Virus record (IMG/VR): IMGVR_UViG_3300018954_000002
Coordinates: 1 to 63,693 of that record
DNA length: 63,693 nucleotides
Source of the DNA: a virus
Direction: 5' to 3' (one strand)
Shown in pieces: positions 59,311-63,693 of this stretch. Within the stretch, counting starts at the first letter, position 1. Every line of letters starts with the position of its first letter. A program made the translations under genes and the position numbers. The notes below the pieces were generated by a model. That model worked only from the letters and a program-made list of their open reading frames with translations. It ran no database searches and had not been told where the DNA came from.

Positions 59311-59627
59311 CGCCCCTCGACCATCCCGAGCAACCGCCGCAAGCTGTCCACGTGGGCATGCGGGGCGTCGGCATCGAGCTTCTCGACCGCCCAGCGCAGC
59401 GCGGCTATTTGGCCGGGAGACAACTCCCGCCTCTCCTGCGGCTGCTCGCCTTCCAGTTCCACGGGGAAGCTGAAAACCACGGCACCCGCCAACCCCACGC
59501 GCTCCGCAGCGGCGTGGATGGCCTCGCCCAGCGGGGCGAGCTTGCTGGGATCGGCCTCGCCGAGCCGGTCAAGCACGAGGATCGTCCGTTCGCCGTCGAC
59601 CACCATCGAGCGCAGACGGGGGGTCAT
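59307..59627 (-). CDS. Hypothetical protein (106 aa)
   Basis: ATGA overlap at 59627. Confidence 0.55.
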   Translation of the reverse strand: MTPRLRSMVVDGERTILVLDRLGEADPSKLAPLGEAIHAAAERVGLAGAVVFSFPVELEGEQPQERRELSPGQIAALRWAVEKLDADAPHAHVDSLRRLLGMVEGR

Positions 59628-59842
59628 CGTTCGATCCGGTTGAGCAGGTCCGTCAGCACCTGAGAGTGCCCCCGGAAGGCGTCGGCGACCGGCCCGGGAA
59701 ATCGCTCCCGGACGGCGAGCTCGGCGAGGGCCCCGCACGCGAACGCGACAGCGACCCGCTCGCGTTCAGTCAGCACCGGCTCAGGCCGGGCGGCCGGACG
59801 CCGCAGGAGCATCTCAATGGACGGGATCCCGGTGTAGTTCAT
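59624..59842 (-). CDS. Hypothetical protein (72 aa)
   Basis: ATG at 59842. Confidence 0.5.
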   Translation of the reverse strand: MNYTGIPSIEMLLRRPAARPEPVLTERERVAVAFACGALAELAVRERFPGPVADAFRGHSQVLTDLLNRIER

Positions 59843-59844
59843 CT

Positions 59845-60069
59845 TCACGCCGTCCCACTCCCGCCAAGCGGATAGTTCGCCGGGTTGCCGCGAGTCGGAT
59901 GCCACCGGCCCGACTTCGAGAGCCACGGCCAGTCGATACCGGCGCGCTTGCGTCGATCGTCCATGCACAGCGCGTCGTTGACGTGCTCCTCTACGGCGTA
60001 GGCGGTGGTTCCGCAGTCGATGCACCTCGTGCGGTACAGGTGCGACATGGGCACCGGCTCGGGGATCAC
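59845..60069 (-). CDS. Small zinc-finger-like protein (74 aa)
   Basis: GTGA overlap at 60069. RCIDCGTTAY... Confidence 0.5.
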   Translation of the reverse strand: MIPEPVPMSHLYRTRCIDCGTTAYAVEEHVNDALCMDDRRKRAGIDWPWLSKSGRWHPTRGNPANYPLGGSGTA

Positions 60070-60452
60070 GATCCGCCCCCGCAGCGGTGCGCGCGGCTCG
60101 ACGCGAGGGCGAGCTGAGGTGTGGCGTACGGGCCCCTCCAGCTACGACACCGCAGGTCCGCGCCCATGCACCGGTACCGGAACCCACCCTCAGCCCGTCG
60201 CACCTCGACCGCCACCTCGGATGCCCCTTCCGTGATCAGGATGACGGGGTGGCCCGTACCGGCGATGTGCGCAGCGGTCCAGACCTCCCGGTCGTCTCGG
60301 GAGCGGAAGGGCTGTGCCAGGTCTTCGCTGCAGGCGGCGCACACCGCGAGGTGCCACAGGAACAGCGTGCCGACCCCGCCCTCGGGGGAAGCGCTCGCGG
60401 CGGCGGGGATGCCGGGGACTCTCGCGGGCGGTGAGAGCGGGGTCGACGTCAT
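60066..60452 (-). CDS. Hypothetical Cys-containing protein (about 128 aa)
   Basis: ATG at 60452 (alternative at 60464). Confidence 0.5.
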   Translation of the reverse strand: MTSTPLSPPARVPGIPAAASASPEGGVGTLFLWHLAVCAACSEDLAQPFRSRDDREVWTAAHIAGTGHPVILITEGASEVAVEVRRAEGGFRYRCMGADLRCRSWRGPYATPQLALASSRAHRCGGGS

Positions 60453-60507
60453 GCCCGACAGCATAGCGAAACTCTTGACACTCTGCTGCCCTCTCGGGGG
60501 ATTGGCA

Positions 60508-60900
60508 TCACGCATCGCGGAGTCCGGCGTTCAGTCGGGCCACGACCTCAGGGTGCAGCGTCACGGGGATGGGCGCCGTCGAGTCGTACACGCGGCACAG
60601 GTCCCGCCACATCTGTGCGACGGATCGGGTGCCGACGCCGGGACTCCACCGGCACTCACGGTGGTCCCCGAAGTTCTCGCCGGCGACCACCACGGGCGCG
60701 CGGCTCCCGGGAGCGCCCCGGCCACCGCCGGGCGGCTCCAGTGCGGTCATCAGTTCGGCTGCGGTCACCTCGGCGCTGCGCCGACCGTCCGGGTGGGTCA
60801 CCGTCCAGGCGTCCCGGCCGCGCGCCTTGCGGGCCAGCAACCCCCGTTCGATGGCGGTCGTGCGGACGTCGTAGTCGGTTGCTGCGTGGTCACTCGTCAT
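60508..60900 (-). CDS. Hypothetical protein (130 aa)
   Basis: Protein-like ORF directly downstream of the palindrome cluster. Confidence 0.55.
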   Translation of the reverse strand: MTSDHAATDYDVRTTAIERGLLARKARGRDAWTVTHPDGRRSAEVTAAELMTALEPPGGGRGAPGSRAPVVVAGENFGDHRECRWSPGVGTRSVAQMWRDLCRVYDSTAPIPVTLHPEVVARLNAGLRDA

Positions 60901-60924
60901 GGGTCAAGACCTTCCGGGAGCCAA

Positions 60925-61097
60925 GGGGTGGACAAATTTTGGTTAAGGGGTGGAGGGGTGGACATTGTCCACCCCTACCCCCGAGGCATGCCGCGCGTAC
61001 GGTCAGAATAAGTTGTTGTTATTAGGACATACCGACCCTGTTTTTGGCGGAATCCGGGGGTTAGGGGTGGACACGTGTCCACCCCTCCACCCCTTAA
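60925..61097. repeat. Symmetric cluster of GGGGTGGA(CA) repeats and palindromes around an AT-rich core (candidate origin or operator)
   Basis: Single copy at 60925-60934. Perfect palindromes at 60955-60975 and 61064-61085. 22-bp inverted arms TTAAGGGGTGGAGGGGTGGACA (60943-60964) and its complement (61076-61097). AT-rich core at 61005-61035. Confidence 0.85.
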
Positions 61098-62497
61098 TCA
61101 AGATCACTCAGCACGTACGTAACGGTCGGCTGACCGCGGTACTCCGAGGGCTTTCCGATCACGTCTCCGGACATCAGCAGGAGATCAACGGCAGCATCGA
61201 AGTACTGCCGGTCCCTCGATGCCAGGGCCGAGCGCAACGGACCGCGTTGCATGCCGTCCGCGCCCACCCGGGCGAGCCTCTTGCGGATCGAGCGCAACAC
61301 CCGCTGCACGTCCGCCTCGCCGACCTTCTCGGTGACGATGATCGCCCGCTCGGCCTCGGCGACCGCCACGCGGGCGTTCGCCTCCCGCTGCACCGCCGAG
61401 AGCGCCTCGACGCACACGGTGCGCGTTGCGTCGGACACCGCCATGACGACGCCGGCAAGGCGCCAATCGTCCTCGCTGGCCGCCGTACGCCCGTCCAGGA
61501 TGGCCAGCGCGCACGCCACCTTGACGCGGGTCAGCACGGCGTGACTGTCGAGGGCGTCGCCGACGTCGCGGTTACGGTCCTGCCGTGCCTGCCGGATGGT
61601 CCGCTCGGCCACCTCCGGGATGTCCATGAAGATCCGTGACTGCCGCTTGAGCTCGACTGTCGGGCACTCGTTCCAGTCCGGCGGTCGCCACAACATCGGC
61701 GGCGGCGTGGCCGGCAGGTCGTCGATGTCCGGGGCGTCGCGGTCGCTGACCGGCAGCCACACGAACCGCTGTGGCGTGCCGCCGTCCGCGTCGCCGAGCA
61801 GCGCGGCCGACCGGCGCGGCTGGATGCCGGCCCACAGGCACATCCGGTACCGGTGCTCCGGCACCATCATCCGTTTCGCCTCGTCCACGTAGAAGAACCC
61901 GAGCTGCTCGCCCATCGCGGCCTGCCGCAGCTGCCCGGTCAGGGTGGACGCCTGCCGGTTCGCCAGCGCGGCGAGGTTGTCGATCTCCGGGATCTCCACG
62001 AGCGCAGCGTGGTTGTACATCTTCGGCGGGTCGCCGCGCTTGCCCGGCCGCATGAACATGTGCGACAGGCCCTCGCCGCTGCCGAGCGGCGCCGTGCGGA
62101 ACGACGTCTCCCGCTCGCCGAGGTCGAGCACCTCCCCGGCGACGCCCGCCGCCGCCCCCTTCCCGCTGCCAGACGGGCCCACGAGCCCGATGAACAGATT
62201 CAGACTCGCCGCCGTGCCGATGACCGGCGGGATCTGCACGAACGGCGGCGTCGCGGCGACCACACGGGTGAGCACCGAGCCGAACACCGCCCACGGCCCG
62301 GACATCCGGGACCGGGCGTAAGTGCGGATGTGCTCCAGAACCGGACGCTCCGTCCAGAAGTCGCCCGGCTTCGCCTCCTGCCGCTCGTCCTTGGTGATGG
62401 CGACCTGATCCCATCCCTCGGGCGGCTCGCGCCAGATGAGGTCTTCCCAGTCGTCTTCGTCGGGATGCCCCGGCACGACCGGGAGGTCCCCCGCCAT
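61094..62497 (-). CDS. DUF3987-like P-loop NTPase (putative replicative helicase or initiator)
   Basis: 467 aa from the ATG at 62497. Walker A GLVGPSGSGKGA, FFYVDEAKRM, GTPQRFVWLPV. Confidence 0.55.
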   Translation of the reverse strand: MAGDLPVVPGHPDEDDWEDLIWREPPEGWDQVAITKDERQEAKPGDFWTERPVLEHIRTYARSRMSGPWAVFGSVLTRVVAATPPFVQIPPVIGTAASLNLFIGLVGPSGSGKGAAAGVAGEVLDLGERETSFRTAPLGSGEGLSHMFMRPGKRGDPPKMYNHAALVEIPEIDNLAALANRQASTLTGQLRQAAMGEQLGFFYVDEAKRMMVPEHRYRMCLWAGIQPRRSAALLGDADGGTPQRFVWLPVSDRDAPDIDDLPATPPPMLWRPPDWNECPTVELKRQSRIFMDIPEVAERTIRQARQDRNRDVGDALDSHAVLTRVKVACALAILDGRTAASEDDWRLAGVVMAVSDATRTVCVEALSAVQREANARVAVAEAERAIIVTEKVGEADVQRVLRSIRKRLARVGADGMQRGPLRSALASRDRQYFDAAVDLLLMSGDVIGKPSEYRGQPTVTYVLSDLD

Positions 62498-62907
62498 CAC
62501 GGAGCCTCGGCGGTGCCCGGCTCGACGACGGCAGGCCATTCGACGTCCGGGTCGGGCATCTCGCCTACTCGGACCACGTTGCCGGCCTCGTCGACGCCAG
62601 TGGCGCCGCGCGCCGGGATCGGCCGCGGCGGGCGCGCGGCGTCGATCGCACGCTGACGTTCTGCTCCGGCCTCGATGGCGGCCAGTCGCTCGCGGTACCG
62701 CTGCTCGGCGGTGCGCTTCACGATCGGCTCGCCGGCCCACCGGACGATGTCCTCGGACATCTCCAGCGCGAGCGACGCGCCGGAGCGGAAGGCGAGGGCG
62801 AGGAGGTACGCCACCTCTGAGCGGTTGAACGTCTCCCGCTCGTTGAGCTGCCGCTGCACTACGCACCCGGAGCACCCGGGGCAGTCCGTGGCCAGGTGGA
62901 TCGTCAT
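62497..62907 (-). CDS. Hypothetical protein with an N-terminal Cys cluster (136 aa)
   Basis: MTIHLATDCPGCSGCVV... ATGA overlap upstream. Confidence 0.55.
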   Translation of the reverse strand: MTIHLATDCPGCSGCVVQRQLNERETFNRSEVAYLLALAFRSGASLALEMSEDIVRWAGEPIVKRTAEQRYRERLAAIEAGAERQRAIDAARPPRPIPARGATGVDEAGNVVRVGEMPDPDVEWPAVVEPGTAEAP

Positions 62908-63134
62908 GAGGCCACCCTCCGGGCGCTGCCGACGACCCTGTCGGCCATGTATTTGCGCAGTTCCTCGCGGGGGTAGCGGATGGAGGACCCGTGGCCGTCG
63001 CCGAGGCGGGCGTAAGGTGGGCCGCTGCCGCGCTTGCGCCACTCGAACAGCGTGCGCGGTTGGACCTGGAGCACCTCGCCGACTTGCTCGACGGTCATCA
63101 TCGGCGGGTACGCGATCAATGGGTCGTCGGTCAT
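62904..63134 (-). CDS. Excisionase/MerR-type HTH DNA-binding protein (76 aa)
   Basis: MMTVEQVGEVLQVQPRTLFEWRKRGSGPPYARLG. Confidence 0.65.
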   Translation of the reverse strand: MTDDPLIAYPPMMTVEQVGEVLQVQPRTLFEWRKRGSGPPYARLGDGHGSSIRYPREELRKYMADRVVGSARRVAS

Positions 63135-63168
63135 GCGTGGAATCCTATCGCATTTTGCGGAAGAAGGC

Positions 63169-63205
63169 GCGTCGCCCCGGCTCCCCCTCGAAGCCGGGGC
63201 GACGC
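63169..63205 (-). terminator. Hairpin terminator (14-bp stem)
   Basis: GCGTCGCCCCGGCT-loop-AGCCGGGGCGACGC. Confidence 0.65.
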
Positions 63206-63217
63206 GATCAGAATCGG

Positions 63218-63538
63218 TCAGGCGGTCGGTCGGAACGGCTTCCTGTACGGCGGCACCTGATCCGGGTACAACCGCTCCAGCGGGGCCCGGCGCCCGAGCC
63301 GCAGCAGGAACTCGGCCTCGCTGTCGGCGGTCGCCGGGCAGGCGTACCCCCGGTGGCTGCGTTCGAGCGCCGCGGCGTGCGGCGCGGAGTCGGCAACGCC
63401 AGTCATCAGGCACCCGAGGCAGCCCCACCGGTACTCGGTCGTCTCGGGCTGCTGTTCGCATCCGGGGTGCCGGTCGAACCCGCCGGCCGCTGCCGGCGGG
63501 CGCAGCGGAACACCACACCCGGCGGCGCAGGCGGTCAC
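63218..63538 (-). CDS. Cys-rich hypothetical protein (106 aa)
   Basis: GTG at 63538 in a GTGA overlap with the junction-spanning CDS stop. Confidence 0.45.
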   Translation of the reverse strand: MTACAAGCGVPLRPPAAAGGFDRHPGCEQQPETTEYRWGCLGCLMTGVADSAPHAAALERSHRGYACPATADSEAEFLLRLGRRAPLERLYPDQVPPYRKPFRPTA

Positions 63539-63693
63539 GAGGACGACGCGGGGGTTCCCTCCCGCTCCTCGATCCAGACCTCTTCGTCCGGATACATCTC
63601 CTCGGCCATGTACCGCGTGTCCGGGCACATCTCCGCGCCCCGGTGGTTGACTCCCTCGAAGTGCGTGCTCGCGGCCCACTCCGGATGCCGCTC
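63535..63693 (-). CDS. 3' part of the junction-spanning CDS (same gene as 1..163)
   Basis: The frame is continuous from the ATG at 163 through the 127-bp overlap to the TGA at 63537-63535. Confidence 0.6.
   Translation of the reverse strand, partial: ERHPEWAASTHFEGVNHRGAEMCPDTRYMAEEMYPDEEVWIEEREGTPASSS
63567..63693. repeat. Terminal overlap identical to 1..127
   Basis: Exact repeat, read directly from the sequence. Confidence 0.95.

Noticed and set aside
62904-63134. Excisionase, which would imply an integration module
   Set aside because: The HTH fold alone is not diagnostic. No integrase gene is present anywhere, so it is annotated only as an HTH DNA-binding protein.
63135-63168. Leaderless promoter for the excisionase-like gene (TAGGAT, 7 nt, ATG at 63134)
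   Set aside because: The -10 box and spacing fit the pattern seen elsewhere. However, no -35-like hexamer exists at 17-18 nt, because that region is the terminator stem. It is too weak to list as a feature.

Overview
The window is one complete, circularly assembled genome of about 63,566 bp. Bases 1-127 are repeated exactly at 63567-63693, and a CDS reads across that junction. It is very GC-rich and gene-dense, and it looks like a siphovirus-type actinobacteriophage (Streptomyces or Micromonospora-like host).

Calling method: many long ORFs in the six-frame track are Arg/Pro/Gly-rich off-frame artefacts. I therefore called genes from protein-like composition, Shine-Dalgarno sites and the pervasive ATGA/GTGA start-stop overlaps.

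Gene modules:
- Early, recombination and replication, minus strand (14678 down to 1, wrapping round to about 61094). Three near-identical promoter-operator cassettes, HTH and RHH regulators, a ParB-like protein, ERF recombinase with a PD-(D/E)XK exonuclease, RuvC-like resolvase, beta-class DNA methyltransferase, DnaN-like clamp, and a DUF3987-like P-loop protein next to an iteron-like palindrome cluster.
- Fibre and lysis, minus strand (60900-48448). A 1100-aa fibre-like protein with a PhoD-like phosphoesterase domain, two HNH endonucleases, a GH25 endolysin and holin-like proteins.
- Virion module, minus strand (45696-25154). TerS/TerL, portal, an S78+ClpP fused protease, HK97-type capsid, tail genes, and a tape measure with a peptidase motif.
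- Plus-strand island 1 (15043-25093). Encodes a Streptomyces-plasmid-like DNA-transfer module: a DUF2637-like membrane protein, a TraB/FtsK-SpoIIIE translocase and small Spd-like membrane proteins. It also carries a GIY-YIG protein, a globin-like protein and a lipoprotein.
- Plus-strand island 2 (45754-48146). Holds the plus-strand copy of a convergent pair of secreted proteins; the partner (47518-47985) lies on the minus strand inside this span.

Not found: integrase, tRNA, CRISPR array, DNA polymerase or primase.

Most notable signals:
- The conjugation-type TraB module inside a tailed-phage genome.
- Two unusual motif systems around that module: a TGCAAG array, and strongly enriched, orientation-switching TTCGC islands written across three genes with rare codons.
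- The PhoD-domain fibre.
- The symmetric GGGGTGGACA palindrome cluster, a candidate origin.
- The dual-protease fusion.
- A recurring leaderless-promoter architecture with an operator inside the spacer.
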